The notes under the pieces: model-generated | Told to the model about the DNA's origin: nothing | Database searches by the model: none | Seen by the model: only the letters and a program-made list of their open reading frames with translations | In this document: piece by piece, positions 1 to 13,210 of the stretch | Position numbering within the stretch: the stretch's first letter is position 1 | Layout of the letters: each line of letters starts with the position of its first letter | Assembly (NCBI RefSeq): GCF_001194135.2 | Contig: NC_068981.1 | Location: 38,607,871 to 38,671,870 of the forward strand | Direction of reading: 5' to 3' | From: Octopus bimaculoides | Lineage: Eukaryota | Length of the DNA stretch: 64,000 bases | Made by a program: the position numbers and the translations under genes

Positions 1-739
1 GCTACATATAGAATCCTATGGGTATTTTCTATTTAATTCTAGTTATTTAGTATTTTGAGCTTCACCATGTTAATCTTTAAACTTTCAGTTTTGATCACTC
101 CTTCAAGTTCTGGGAACTAGTTAATCAATATACAAAAGTTTACAAAGCCTCCACTACTAAATTTTATGCAATGATGTCAAAATCTATGTTGAAGAGAACA
201 GTCAAGGCGGAAAAAATATTGATATACTTGATACATCCCTCACCTTAATTTTGTAATAATGCATAAGACATTTCTTTACAAATTATATACTTGAGACATT
301 ATTAACCTTACTTTTGTAATTAATGCATGAGCCATTTTTCCCCAGTTACGTTCACATTCTATATAGCCCATCAAACACCAGAGTTTGATAGTTTAAAGAC
401 TTTATAATATAAAGCAGGAATATATTTTTGAAGCTATGTATCTCACCTGAAGCAGCATTCTCCCCTACAAGCAAAAACAGTGGCCCATCCAACCACCATA
501 AACTATTATAATTTCTACAAATTTTAGTTTACAGTGTTAAATCTTCTATCACTTACTAACTTTCTCATGATTGTTTTGTCACTTCTTCCATAACTTAACT
601 TCTTATTGTGAAGTCTTTTAATTCCTGTAGCCTCTTAATGATATAATAGAAGTGATCCTTTGCTCATATTTTAATTCTCTTTGGGATATATATTGGGAAA
701 TTCAGGAATTTGTCATTAACTTGATCAAGTTGTCTGCAG

Positions 740-855
740 ATTAGAATGCTCAAAGATATTTTAAGCCCCATGATTACATACGAGTTTAAAGAGAAGAGTT
801 CTTTTACAGATTATTTATCAAAAACTGATGATGTAATGACTAATAAATTACTGAT
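740..855 (+). CDS. Candidate internal exon of an unidentified gene (IRMLKDILSPMITYEFKEKSSFTDYLSKTDDVMTNKLL)
   Basis: tctgcag acceptor, GTAAGT donor at 856, only one of three frames open (phase 0 to 2). No homology recognised; could be chance. Confidence 0.3.
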
Positions 856-1020
856 GTAAGTCAAGGCCTGCCTTCACAATTAAGCAGCACCCAGCAGTGT
901 GTTTTTGTACACACAGGGTGGATAGAGGCAGTTGTAGCTGGGTACTGGTAGGTAGTCAGAAGTAGTAGGTGTTGTACAATTTTTATGGTTTCATGCATAG
1001 TTTTGAGAATGACAATAATA

Positions 1021-1080
1021 CCTGGTAGGTGGCCATTACCTGGTAGGTGGCCATTACCTGGTAGGTGGCCATTACCTGGT
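1021..1080. repeat. Perfect 18-bp tandem repeat (CCTGGTAGGTGGCCATTA) x3 plus a partial unit
   Basis: Read directly from the sequence. Confidence 0.95.
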
Positions 1081-1149
1081 GATTTTGCTCAATTACAGGC
1101 GTGAACACTCTACTGATTCTCTGCCACTTTTGTTTGCTAGCAGGTATTT

Positions 1150-1394
1150 AAAGGTAAAAGGTAAAGTTAGTTTCTCAAGTCATGCCAACTGATAAGGACC
1201 AATTTCCTTGTTTCCATCTCATACAAATTCCTCACCTGACAGGACACTGGTCCATCACAGAATTACTCATTTTTGCCAGCTGGAGCAATGTGAATTGAAG
1301 TATTTTGCTCCTGAACACAATGTGTCACCTGGTCCAGGAATCAAAGCCACAGTCTTATAGTCATGAGTCCAACACTCTAAGTACTAAGCCACAC
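1150..1394 (-). mobile_element. tRNA-derived CORE-type SINE
   Basis: Minus strand shows a tRNA-like head (GGCTTAGTACTTAG...TTGATTCC), a CORE-like ATTGTGTTCAGGAGCAAAATACTT segment and a (TTACCTT)n tail. Confidence 0.75.
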
Positions 1395-2127
1395 ACATCT
1401 CCTAGTAGGCATTTAGCATGTATCCATTGGATACTGCCTGATCATGTGGACAGGGCTTAAATAAGTATAAAAAGTTTCTGATAACATTTCATTTCCCAAA
1501 TCAGAGTGTCATCTATGATGCAGTGTCCTATTACAATCTAGAATCCCCACTTATCTTTTCCATTTCTCTTTCACCTTGTTATCACTAATAAATTCATTTA
1601 GTGACTTGGGTATTCAGCCTATCTTCTCCATCTCTCTGCTTTCTATATTGTATTAGATATCCTCAGGATAAAAATAAAATATAGGAAAGGGTAAATTGAA
1701 TAAAAAAAGATCTATATTCACAAATACAATGTCTAAGTGCATAGTTGTTTATTCCTTCAGGTATAGTTTTCACTGAATTAGTTCTTACTTTTTCTCCTAT
1801 ATTATTGAATTTTTAACCTGAAGAATAGACCAATAGTCTTAAAAATGTGATCAATATATATTTTTGCACCCCAAATTGTTGTTTCCTAAGCACTTCTTAA
1901 TTGTGTGTTTGTGTGATCCGAGAATTGGTGTGAAGCTCCTGTGTATGTAGAGTTAAGCAAAGTGGAAAATTTCACATTGGTTAGGATATTAGGTAACCAA
2001 GAACTGTTTTATACAGAAGTTCTTATATCTGTTTCCTTGAGATAGGTTTTGTAGAAAACTTCCACAGAGAAATGACCTGTGAATCTGAAGTGCATTAACT
2101 TCACCACATGGCTATTCTATCTATGCA

Positions 2128-2620
2128 AGCATAGCACAGTTGTGTGGTAAGAAGCTCACTTTACAGTCACATGGTCTTAGGTTCTGTCCCATTGCAGGGT
2201 ACCATGATTATGTGTCTTCTAAATTTGCCTTGGGATGACCAATAGTTTGTGAGTGAAATTGGAAAATAGCATGGAAGCACATTTATGTGTGTGATTATAT
2301 GTATCAGCTTCTGTATGCACACATATCTGTGTGTTTATGTGTGTGCATATATCTGTGTGCTTGTGTTTGCACATATATATGCATGTGTATGTTATCATTT
2401 CTTACTTATTTGAGATCAGTTGAACAGCAAAAACATTGTGTTTACCTTTCCAGTGAACATTATGTCCAGTAGCTATGTGCACCCAATGTAGTGGAATAAA
2501 CATTCCTTTATTTGTTAAACAGGAACTGATTGGTGACAAGAAGAGTATCCAACTGTAAACATTCTACCTCCAGTAAGCTACATGTTCAACTTATACCAGG
2601 AAAGAAAAGCACATAAAACA
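2128..2620 (+). mobile_element. Degenerate SINE with internal (TG)n/(TA)n microsatellite and RTE-like tail
   Basis: Head resembles the 33841-34150 copy; tail TTGGTGACAAGAAGAGTATCCAACTGTAAA resembles the RTE 3' end at 44980-45010. Confidence 0.5.
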
Positions 2621-3191
2621 AACAAATGAAATTGTTGCGTGCAAGTGTATATGTATGGAGGAATAGATGAATGAGTATTATTTTCATTTCCAAGCAAAAT
2701 ATATATATATTCCAAAAAGCAGATTAAATTTCTTATTTTCACTAGTAACTGTTTACAGAACTGTATTTGATAACATAGTGACTATACATTTCTGTCACTC
2801 AGTATGCTGATGTAATAAATATTTATTATGTTAGTTAAACAAATAATATTCAAAATTACAAAAGAAATATATATTTATCATATGTAAGTTCTGTACCAAT
2901 CATTTAATGTTGTGTGTTTAATTGAAAATACTTAATTTTTGTTTTAAATATGTTATTCAATATTTTTCCTCAACAAAGCATCAGTGCATCAATTATCTTC
3001 ATCTTATTATCATTTATGTTTTTATGTACAGTGTTTCCATGCTGGGATTGAATGAATAGTTTTGAAGAATTGCCTTTCTCCTACTGTTCAGGTTTATAAA
3101 AGAAATAATTAATGAACTCTGTTGGATTGCTTTGTATATTTTGTAAATGATGATGATAACGATGATACTATTTCAAATTTTAATGATAATA

Positions 3192-3228
<37 letters not shown>

Positions 3229-3814
3229 AAACTTTCAGAAATATAACCTCAGAGAAGACTATAACGTTTGTAAATAAGATGTTATTGATGTCAAACACAT
3301 CAGAGAAGTATTATGCCAAAGATTCATGAGGCAATATAGAGACTTATACATATAAACAGTTCTCTCATAAACAGTGTTACTGCCAAAATATCTGATAGCC
3401 TTTAAAAATAGGGGACACATGTTATAAGACCTAAGTCTTAGAACAAAACATTTCTAATAGAGACACAGTTCCAGCTGTAAATTAATACATTGCATTGCTC
3501 CTTTAGTCACTTCTGTGCCGTAATGTTGTTTAAGAAGAACTTAATGTGGTTATGTAATTATACCACATTGTTCACCAATAATAAAATTTTGACATTCATC
3601 ACACTGCCACACATTTTCCATGCATCCAAAGAACCTAAATCTCTAACATTCATGAGAATAATTAAATATAAAATTTGTTGATTAAGTTCTAGTGTTGTGT
3701 TAGAGAACAGCAGAATAATACTTGAAACCTAAGTGTTTTGATTATAGGCTCTAGAATAAACATTTGATAAATTCTCACAGTTCTGGTCATGGGAGTTACA
3801 ATATAGGCAGCACA

Positions 3815-4055
3815 AAGGTAGTGAGCTGGCAGAAACATTAGCATGCTGGGAGAAACGTTAGCATGCTGGGCGAAATACTTAGCAGTATTTCGTCTGCCAT
3901 TATGTTCTGAGTTCAAATTCCACCGAGGTCGACTTTGCCTTTCATCCTTTCAGGGTTGATAAATTAAGTGCCTGTTGCATACTGAAGTTAATCTAATCAA
4001 CTGGTCCCCTCCCACAAAATTTTGGGCCTTGTACCTAGAGCACAAAAGAATATAG
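3815..4055 (+). mobile_element. SINE with Meta/MESC-like central domain
   Basis: GAGTTCAAATTCC B-box followed by GTCGACTTTGCCTTTCATCCTTTCAGGGTTGATAAATTAAGT; other copies at 12600-13210 and 54235-54670. The domain name is from recall. Confidence 0.8.
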
Positions 4056-4398
4056 GCAGTACAAATATTAAAAGTTTTATGTTACTAATATGATGATAAT
4101 TTTAATACAAAATGGTCAAACTTTGATAGTATAATACCAATCTTCTTACCAAGAAAATTTTTGAAAATAGTTTGCTAACCTTTCTCAAATTTTGCTTGCT
4201 CATTAATCTGGAACAAATACAGGCACAGATGCTGGAGAAAATTAATAAGTTACTTCTTGTGTTTCATTGTTTCATTGTTTTCATTCTCACTTTTATATTC
4301 TTTTTCCATGCTAGCATGAATTGGATAGGTTTCAGTATCTCACTGCTTGCATCTGGCACAAATAACAGCAGAGAAAAATCAACCCTTCCTTTACTCTA

Positions 4399-4429
<31 letters not shown>

Positions 4430-4656
4430 TATTTATTTTTACAGTTGAATTACTTTTCTATCACCAGCCAATTTACAGCATGGACTGGGTGCATTTTACC
4501 ACACCAGCAGCACTAGAGATGATATCTGCAGCAGAATTAAAACTGTTGCCCTATACTCTGTATCAGTGTTTTAATTCAAAGCTATTGTTCTTCTAGATAT
4601 ATTGCTTGTACTGAGATTTGCAGAGTCTATGTCTTTACCATTTTCTTACTGCTTTT

Positions 4657-4688
<32 letters not shown>

Positions 4689-4695
4689 CGTATAG

Positions 4696-4787
4696 CTCTT
4701 ATAGCTGATATTCTTTCTATTAAACTTAGAAATGTGCACACTGATAATAAACTGAAGGCTTGGATACACCCTAAAGATTCAGAGAAG
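4696..4787 (+). CDS. Candidate internal exon (LIADILSIKLRNVHTDNKLKAWIHPKDSEK)
   Basis: Long poly-T tract ending cgtatag, AAG|GTATTT donor, single open frame (phase 1 to 0). No homology recognised. Confidence 0.4.
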
Positions 4788-6946
4788 GTATTTATATTAA
4801 TAAATGTGCATGACTATGCCATTCAGAAATTCACTTCCCAAACACATGGTTTTGGCTTCAATCCCACTTACATTGCATTTTGGGTGAGTCTCTTCTACTA
4901 CAACAGTGGGCAGACCAAAGATATCTAAATGGATTTTGTAAACAGAAACTGAAAGAAGCTCATCATATAAATGTGTATATGTGTGTGTGAGAGATAGTGC
5001 ATGTGCGTATGTGTGTTTGTGTCTCCTGGACTTGACAGTGTTTGATACTTGAAAATAAGTATCACCATCATATAGTAGTGGCTTTTGTTTCCTCCCTGCC
5101 ATGAGAGCATGTCTGGCATTGGGGAGGTATTACCTCAATTGGAGATAGATAAGGATTGGTAAGAGGGAGGCATCTAGTTACAGAAAATTTGATTCAATGA
5201 GATCTGTCTAATCCACACAAGCATGGTAAAATAGTTGCTGATGATAATGGCAATGATGGTAATGGTAGCAGCAGAGGTATCGATGACAACAATTATGATG
5301 AAATAAAGATTTGAGAAGCCTTCAGAAAGAACTCAAATGATAATATAAAAATCGAAATTAAAAATATTTAGAAATCCACAATTTTTAATAACTTATATAT
5401 GTTATATAAACATGACTAGTTAATTTGATTTGTTCCTTAGAACACATCCTTTAGTAAGCCCAAAGTAATTTGTATAAGCAGAATAGTTGTTCTTAGCAAT
5501 TAACTAGTGTTCCACAATAATGAATAAGAAAATTAAATTAATATTAATAAATGAAGATAATTATGATTCGGTTCATAATCCACAATCTGAAATCTGATGC
5601 CAGCAGAATGTATTTGCTACATATCTAAGGAAAGTGGGAACTCAGCCAAGTTGGAAATTACTATATAATAATGACTACAGAGATATTTGAATAATACTGC
5701 ACAGAATAAGTAGAATTTACGAATTAATGAGGAAACCCAAATAGATTTTTAAAATAATGGATTTTATTAAATAAAAAAAATTGAATAAATAAAATGAATA
5801 AACTGCAAGATTTGATGTTAAATACAGCATGCCAGTTGAGAGATTGAAGAAAATAATAATAATTTCACCATGACACGGGGCTCAACATTTTAATATTAAA
5901 AGATAAAATAAATCCATAAAATTGCAGTGCATTTCAAGAGTAGGAAGGCGTCCAGAGACTGGTTCTTCGTTCAAGAGTGTTGAAGCCTGGATATTGATAA
6001 TCTTATATTAATTCAAGAGTAAATATAATAGTTGCTTTAGTCTAAGAGCAGAAACAGAAAGAATGTTTGTCATTGTGCATAATCACAAAAGCCATATGGA
6101 AAATATAAGCCAACAAAGAAGCCTCCATCAGATTGTAGCTGCTTACTAGAAATACCAGCCAAATTTCATTGAGTTTAACTTTGCTTTTCATCTTTCCAAA
6201 GTTGATTGAATTAGGTATCAATCAAATACTGGAGTTGACTGAGCATTCCCCCACAAAATGTTTGGCCTTGTGTCTGTGTTAGAAACACATACTAAATTCA
6301 AGCATAGAAGAAATGTTAAGCAATTTCAGTAATTTCTTTGACATTTGCACGAATTATCTTAAAAAATAGCTTTGATAAGTACAGTTCAAAATTTATTGAG
6401 TATTTTCTCAGCAATGTGAATACAACATAATTTCATACAACCTATACCCCCATTCAGCACAGGCCAGCATAAAAACAGATATGAAATAAATATATGAAGT
6501 ACATGGAAAGTAACAGAAAAATTTCTCAAGATAAATGATAAAACTAGGCTACAAATTTTTCAGAGACTATTGACTGCTGACACCAGTACTTACCTAGTGC
6601 TTATTATTGTACTCTGGAAGGATGGTAGGTAAAGACAGCCTAGAGGATTTGAACTCAAAACATTAAGAGGCATGACCAAATACTGTGAGACTTTTCATCT
6701 GTTATGCTACAAATTATGCAATCCACTGATAAAAATAATAACACAAATAGTACTGTACTTGATGGCATATAAGACACAATTTTTTCCCAAAAATATTTTA
6801 ATAACCATGTGAAGTTGGACCTATGTTACATATTTTAAGGCACTAAAATCTTTTTTCCTGAATATGTGCTGCTGAAATTGAAATGTGTCTAATATGTTCA
6901 TGTGTTTTTGTATGCCACCAAATAAAGTAATTTCCTATTTCAACAG

Positions 6947-7024
6947 AAGAAACTTATTTGTGAAGGAGAAGGAGTGTTATTGATTGAATATACACCAATA
7001 TATGACTGTATCCCAATCCTCTGA
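6947..7024 (+). CDS. Candidate terminal coding exon (KKLICEGEGVLLIEYTPIYDCIPIL*)
   Basis: tttcctatttcaacag acceptor; phase 0 fits the 4696-4787 exon; TGA at 7022-7024. Confidence 0.3.
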   Translation, partial: KKLICEGEGVLLIEYTPIYDCIPIL

Positions 7025-8398
7025 GGTGAATGAAATAAATACCAAAGTTAATATGGAATTTGAACTTTTCAATCATTAATTCCATTGTGTTACATTCTGA
7101 CTTCAGTGCTGTATCATTTCTTCCACCTTTTCACCACCAGTTACCATAATTGATGTTTAATATCTTTTTGACCATGACATCATGATTTGGACAATATTAT
7201 CATAAAGCATAATACCAAAAACAACAATAAACTAGTAGAGAAGCAAACTTGAGAAATAGCAGTCAATTCTCTCTTAAATCATAATCAATCAGCAATAAAA
7301 AAAAAGGACACATTGAGTCATGTGGCCTGAAATAAGTTTGAAAAGACTGGCTGGTTATGGCTAAAACACTTGTGATATTAAGTCTGCTCACTCAGAGCTG
7401 ACCAATAAGACCAATAATATTTTTCTCTGACATTGATACAATACCATAAAATTTTCAAAATGTGGTATGATCTGCTTAATTGGTTCTATGTACTTGATGG
7501 GTACTTTATTTTATCAAATTCTGAAGAGTGAAAGGCAAAGTGGACATCAGCAGAACATGAAATTTGGACTTAAATACCTTTAGACAACTTGTCTCATTTT
7601 CAGAGAACTCAACCAGAAGTGTAAATAACTGTAAACTGCCTGGGAATTCTTATAATATTTAGTTAAAAATTCATATATGATGTACACATGAATTTTAAGT
7701 TAGATGTTTCAAGAAAATAGCTGACTGGCTGATACAGTACACGTTACTGTTGCTTAAAACAGAAATGATAAAACTAGAGAATAATTATGTCTCTAACCCT
7801 ACCAGTAATTAGCTAAAACTATAAGCATAGGGACTAAACTTTTGTGGTATTACAAAAGCAAGAGAGGGCACAGAAGCAGGGTCTGGATTTAAGAAGTGAC
7901 TACTGGTTCACACAGCAAGCTTAGAACATCACTCAAAAAATAAATAAATGAAATCCGACTTAGTAACATGTTTTGAACATATAAACTGATAAAACTAAAC
8001 ATTATAATGCTTCTAACTAACTGCATGCATAGCAACATACAAGACTATTAATGCTAACAATAAATGTTATATTGAATAGATTAGAAGGATATCAAGGAAC
8101 AGTTCAATATTTGCTTAAAAGCAGGACTGAAATTTGAGACTGAAGATAGTTATACAAGATCAAAGCTTTCAGAATAGGAATTACTAAAAACAATAAATAA
8201 TGAAACAACTTCAAAACAGAAAAAAACAAATCACTCCAGAAATGTTATACAGATAATCAATGCCGTTGTTTCTGAACTTCTGAGAGGGAGCTATAACTGA
8301 ATATATAAACAAAATGTTGGAAGTTTTTGACATAGGAAACCTTTCCGATAGAACCAAATCGATAAAGAAAATAGGTAATGTACATATATACCACTTTA

Positions 8399-8420
8399 GT
8401 CTCTCTCTCTCTCTCTCTTC

Positions 8421-8496
<76 letters not shown>

Positions 8497-8499
8497 CTC
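8399..8499. repeat. Compound (CT)n(CA)n microsatellite
   Basis: Read directly; representative of the many dinucleotide arrays in the window. Confidence 0.98.
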
Positions 8500-8578
8500 A
8501 CGTTTACCTGACAAAGTCAACATATTTTAGGCATGTCAATTCATATTAACAGGGAAATAATAGCAAACTCTACTGACA

Positions 8579-8625
8579 TCAGTATTCTGAACCACATTTC
8601 AATTGCTCCAAGTCAAAATATTTTC
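8579..8625 (-). CDS. Candidate terminal coding exon (GKYFDLEQLKCGSEY*)
   Basis: Minus-strand tttttcttcatttatatatttttatag acceptor; phase 1 fits the 11461-11489 exon. Confidence 0.25.
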
Positions 8626-11460
8626 CTATAAAAATATATAAATGAAGAAAAAGTTTATGAATTCAGAGACTCAAAATTTGAACATGGAGATTAGAAGCAG
8701 AAGCAATCTCTGTTATAATAGGGATGATGAAATTAATAAAAAAGAAAAAAAGCATGCAGACAAAGAAAATCTTTATATAAACAAGACATCAGGACATGAA
8801 CATTAAAACGAATAGCATGACTGGTTCCTACATCTATTAGTTTAATTAAAAAGAAAAAATAATAAAATCTGCATACAACCAAGCCATAAAGTGCTGAACC
8901 TGATTATTCAATAAAAGCAAACAGGAATTATAACAATACAAAAAAGCAGTAATAATAATGATTTCTATATATTAATAGCAATGATAAAATTGGAAGAAAT
9001 TTAAATTGTGGGTAGTGAGTCCAAAAATTTCTGTTATTCTTTTCATTAATACTGGAATCTATCTTTGGCAACTGGTAATAGATCATCACTGAACATCGCC
9101 ACCACTATCACCACAAAAGCCTTATAATTAAAGCACAGTCATATATTAGAATCAGGTGTTTGGTGGGAATTAAATTATGTTAGTTTTAGTTGGTAGTTTA
9201 CTTATGAAAAGATGTTTATATCCCATAGTTATAAGCTTCAAATGATGTGTGTTTATCAGAAATGTTCCAATGCAAAATATTTCAGCCACATTTTCTTCTA
9301 AGTTGAACTTATTGTCATATCCTAAGGGCAACTTTGCTCACATGAAAATAATTTTTGTTACTTATAATGCCTTACTCATATTCCATCTGCTCTTTTCCCA
9401 TTTTTATCTATCCAAGTATTAGCTGTGTGCAAGGACATCACTTATGTTTAACAATCTGGTACTTGTTGATTTATTATGCCTTCTTTAACTGTAACATGTT
9501 TAAGTACAAAAAGAACCTATTTGTATTTGTGAGTGGAAGAAAGAGAAACTCATTTGTGACCTGTATGCATTAATATGCAATACAAATATTACTAACCCTA
9601 TTGCTAAACAAATATGTACAAATATGCAGCTTCTTGGGTCTCATACAAGTGATTATTTAGAAAAATGCACTAATTTCTAATCAGTGCAAAACTGTATATA
9701 TAAAACAAGCTTTATAAATAAGATAATATCTTTTGTATGAAAAATGAAAACAATAAATAGAAATTCAGAATGATGATAATTTCATATTTACATGTGAATT
9801 TTTTTTTTAAATGTATAGTTTAAAACAGTTTATATTGCAATTTAAACAATGCACACATTGATGATTATAATTGCACTGATACAGTGTTATATATTTCAAA
9901 GAGAAACAAATTCTTCAAATTATGGATAAGTAAAGAAAGCTAAGAAACATGAAAGAAAATTAGTAGAATTCAAATATTGCTAATGAAAGAAAACAGCAAT
10001 ACCTGTTGAGAAAAGCAGTACATTATAGATTAGAGATAAGAAGCAGAAAGAAAATGTTTCAAATATAATGAATATTTCTTTAACTGAACATCAAAATTTA
10101 AATGTATTTAAGATACATTCGAATTTTTGTAAATTAGCTAATAATTATGTTTGGATTCCTTCAACTAAAAAGGAATCCCAGTGTAATTCAAGTGTAATTA
10201 GTATTCGTTTATGTTAAAATTACTGTCATTTTGCTTTTGATATCCTTTATATCAAGTTTAGCCATAGATTTACTGGCATTTTGGGCAAGCTCAGTTTTGG
10301 TGTCCTTACAAAGAAAACTTTAAAAAATTTTCAGCAGGAGGTCAAAATTCAATTGTATGAATTTCAATGAGTTATGCAGTCTAGCCTTTGAAATTCCTGC
10401 TCTTAAAGCCTAACAAGTTATCTGATGGTCTATACCTGAAAAACACAGCTAAAATTATTATATCCTGTTTATTAGCGGAGTAGTGTGCAACTTACAGCTC
10501 TTTAGATATCTGTTCAATTTCCTTGACCTCATGATTCACAGAAAAAACTAGAGCTTCTTACTATTCTTTGATCTCATGACTAAATGTACTGATCTGACAA
10601 CCTTTGAAATTGCTGCTTTGAATCATGAGTGTTCAATTCATTTCCATGAATCAAAGATGCTAAATAACACTGTCCCATTTAATCTATAGATCCGTGCAGA
10701 AAACAGGTTGAATTTTCTTAGGTATGACTTGAATTCCACCCAAGTAATTTTCATGTTTTGCTTTCATTTAATTTTGTTTGTTTCCACATTTTCAACTCTG
10801 TATTTGAAAGATTTCAAATACATGATGTAGTTCTCCTTAGTATGTCACAACCCAGGCAATCGCAGCTATCATTCTATAACAGAAGAGGATTAATATCTGA
10901 TCACCACCAAGAAGATTTAAACAGAGAAACTTACTTTGAATAAGATTGCAGAATTATAACCACTTAATTCTTGTATAGCCTGACCCATGCAAGCATGGAA
11001 AAGTGGACAGTAAAACAGTAATGATGATTTTGCTTTTCTATAATAAAATGTATTTTGTTATTTTGGAAATTCTCCAATTTATGAATCCTATGTGCACATA
11101 TAATAGTCTGTACTTTCTTGTTTTAAACAATATTTACAAAGCATAATCAGTAGATTTTTTTTTCTTTGTCTGTGCATAATGTTTCTATTTTCAGAAATCT
11201 CCATTCAATAATTTACTGCAGGATATTTCTAGGATTTTCATTTACTTTTAAAAAGTTTAAGTTTGGACTAATTTCATTGTCAGCCAAAAGTATTAATTTA
11301 ACATAATGTATGATCACCTTGTGAATGTGTACATGAAAAGAAAAGTTTAAAAGTCTAAGTTAAGAAATGTTAGATTATAAAAATGTTTTCTGTTTAGACA
11401 TACTGATGGAATTATTTTCTGTCTTTTAGTCTTAACCATTGTATCATCCTTTGCACTCAC

Positions 11461-11489
11461 CATGAGCACGGTTAAGTTCTTTGAAATTT
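11461..11489 (-). CDS. Candidate 29-nt exon (RNFKELNRAH)
   Basis: ATG|GTGAGT donor, tttagcctag acceptor, phase 2 to 1; an alternative acceptor lies 5 nt upstream. Confidence 0.25.
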
Positions 11490-11658
11490 CTAGGCTAAAT
11501 TTCAATATTGGCCAAAATATAACCTACTCCAAACAAATAACCAAGAATAGTCTTTTAATACAGCAAAACTTTAGAAATTGTGAATTTTCTTGATGAAATG
11601 TATTCTTTACTTCATTGCACAAAGATTACTATATACATAGTAACCTTATCATCAGTAC

Positions 11659-11701
11659 CTGTTCAATAGGCTACAGTCTCCAGCTATGTGATTGTGTCGG
11701 C
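11659..11701 (-). CDS. Candidate 43-nt exon (GRHNHIAGDCSLLN)
   Basis: Pyrimidine-rich acceptor ending tatttacag, CAG|GTACTG donor, only the phase 1 to 2 frame open. Confidence 0.3.
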
Positions 11702-11801
11702 CTGTAAATAGATGCTATAAGGAATAAAGAAAAAGTAGTATGAAATAGCATTAACAAGAAGCAGAAAAATTTTTTTTAAATGAATTGAAAAGTAGTAGAA
11801 T

Positions 11802-11843
<42 letters not shown>

Positions 11844-12300
11844 TGTGTATGTATGTGTGTGTGTGTAAAGAAAATAAATAACATCAGGAATGGTAAAAGT
11901 CAAAGTTCAAAAAAGGAAGCCAAAATTTGTTACTAGATGGCTTGTGATATCTGTGACATAGACGTGACAGCAGAATGGTGAAGAAATTTCTTTTGAAATC
12001 ATGAGATCCTGAGTTCGATCTCATTGTGAAGCATTTATTTTTACAAGAGTCTTGGGTTATTAGAAGCCTTGTTGGTGAAAATGGTTAAACTGAAACTGTG
12101 GAAACCCATCTTCTGGACTGCAGTTGAAAGGCTAATCCTTGCTAGATATTGTATTATAGTGACTTAGCCTTAAGATCATGTCAAGGGGACACATATCTGC
12201 AAAATATACAGCCACTTATACATTAATTTAATAAACAAACGGTCCAATTGATTAAATGACTAAATGCACTTTAAACCACTGGAGCATCTATCTTCATTAC

Positions 12301-12466
12301 CTGTTCTGTTAACACTTTGATGTTGGTAATTTGACATGAATTTTAACATTTGATTTCTCTTGCAGTAAAAGGGCTTACATAAGTCAGTACATTCTTGCAG
12401 ACAGGCTGAAATTTCAGAGCAGTATGCTTTGAGCTTTGAGCGATTATTTGTTAAACTCAATTGTCC
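12301..12466 (-). CDS. Candidate 166-nt Cys-rich exon (GQLSLTNNRSKLKAYCSEISACLQECTDLCKPFYCKRNQMLKFMSNYQHQSVNRT)
   Basis: cctag acceptor, CAG|GTAATG donor, open phase 0 to 1. Conflicts with an overlapping + strand candidate at 12366-12421. Confidence 0.35.
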
Positions 12467-12597
12467 CTAGGTTTATGAAACATTTTCAAAAATAAAAATG
12501 TTTGTCCTCGTTTTAATGGTTCATGCCTCAGTTTCACAGATATTTCTTATAGAAGAATTCCCCCTCCACCTCCTTATCATCATCATCATTATATATG

Positions 12598-12980
12598 AAA
12601 ATAGTGCGCTGACAGAATTGTTAGAGCCTTGGTGTAAAGGTATAGATGTTTTGTAACATTTGTTGCAACAGTTTAGATGTTGAGTACAAACTCTGCTGAG
12701 GTTATCTTCGCCCTTCACCCTTCACACTCTCAGTATTGGTAAAATAAAGTATCAGTGAAGTATTTGGGGTTGATATTATCAATTAACCCTTTCTCCTCAA
12801 ATTTGCTTTTTCCTTTGTGCCTTATTCAGAAATCATTATTTTTATTAAGAGAGTTCAAATTCCGCTAGGGTTGACTTTATCTTTCATTCTTTTGGGGTCA
12901 GTAAAATAAGTACCAGGTCAATGTAATCAATTAGCTCCCCCTTCCAAAATTTCAGGTCTTGTGCCTATAGTAGAAAGAAT
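12598..12980 (+). mobile_element. Two adjacent Meta-domain SINE copies (one nearly full, one 5'-truncated)
   Basis: Similarity to 3815-4055 (CCTTTCAT...GGGGT..ATAAAATAAGTA and GGTCTTGTGCC motifs). Confidence 0.75.
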
Positions 12981-13009
12981 CGTTGTTGCTGTTGTTGTTG
13001 TTACTGCTG

Positions 13010-13210
13010 TTCTTTCTATTGTTGGCACAAGGCCAGAAATTTTGGAGAAGGAGTTAGTTGATTAAATCAGTCCTTGTACTTGACTGATACACTGTTTTAT
13101 TGATCCTAGAGAGGGGGGAAAGGCAAAGTTGAACAGAGGGATTTGAATTGAGAATGTAAAAGTGTCAGAAGAAATATCATGTGGTATTTTATCTGAAGCT
13201 AATAAGCTGC
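13010..13210 (-). mobile_element. Meta-domain SINE, inverted relative to the 12851-12980 copy
   Basis: GGCACAAGGCCAGAAATTTT...GAAAGGCAAAGTTGA...GGATTTGAA is the reverse complement of the family. Confidence 0.75.

Noticed and set aside
1810-1870. Hammerhead-like CTGAAGA plus short GAC/GTC stem, as found at Penelope ends
   Set aside because: The required GAAA core after stem II is missing (TAAAA) and the other stems are weak; at best a dead relic.
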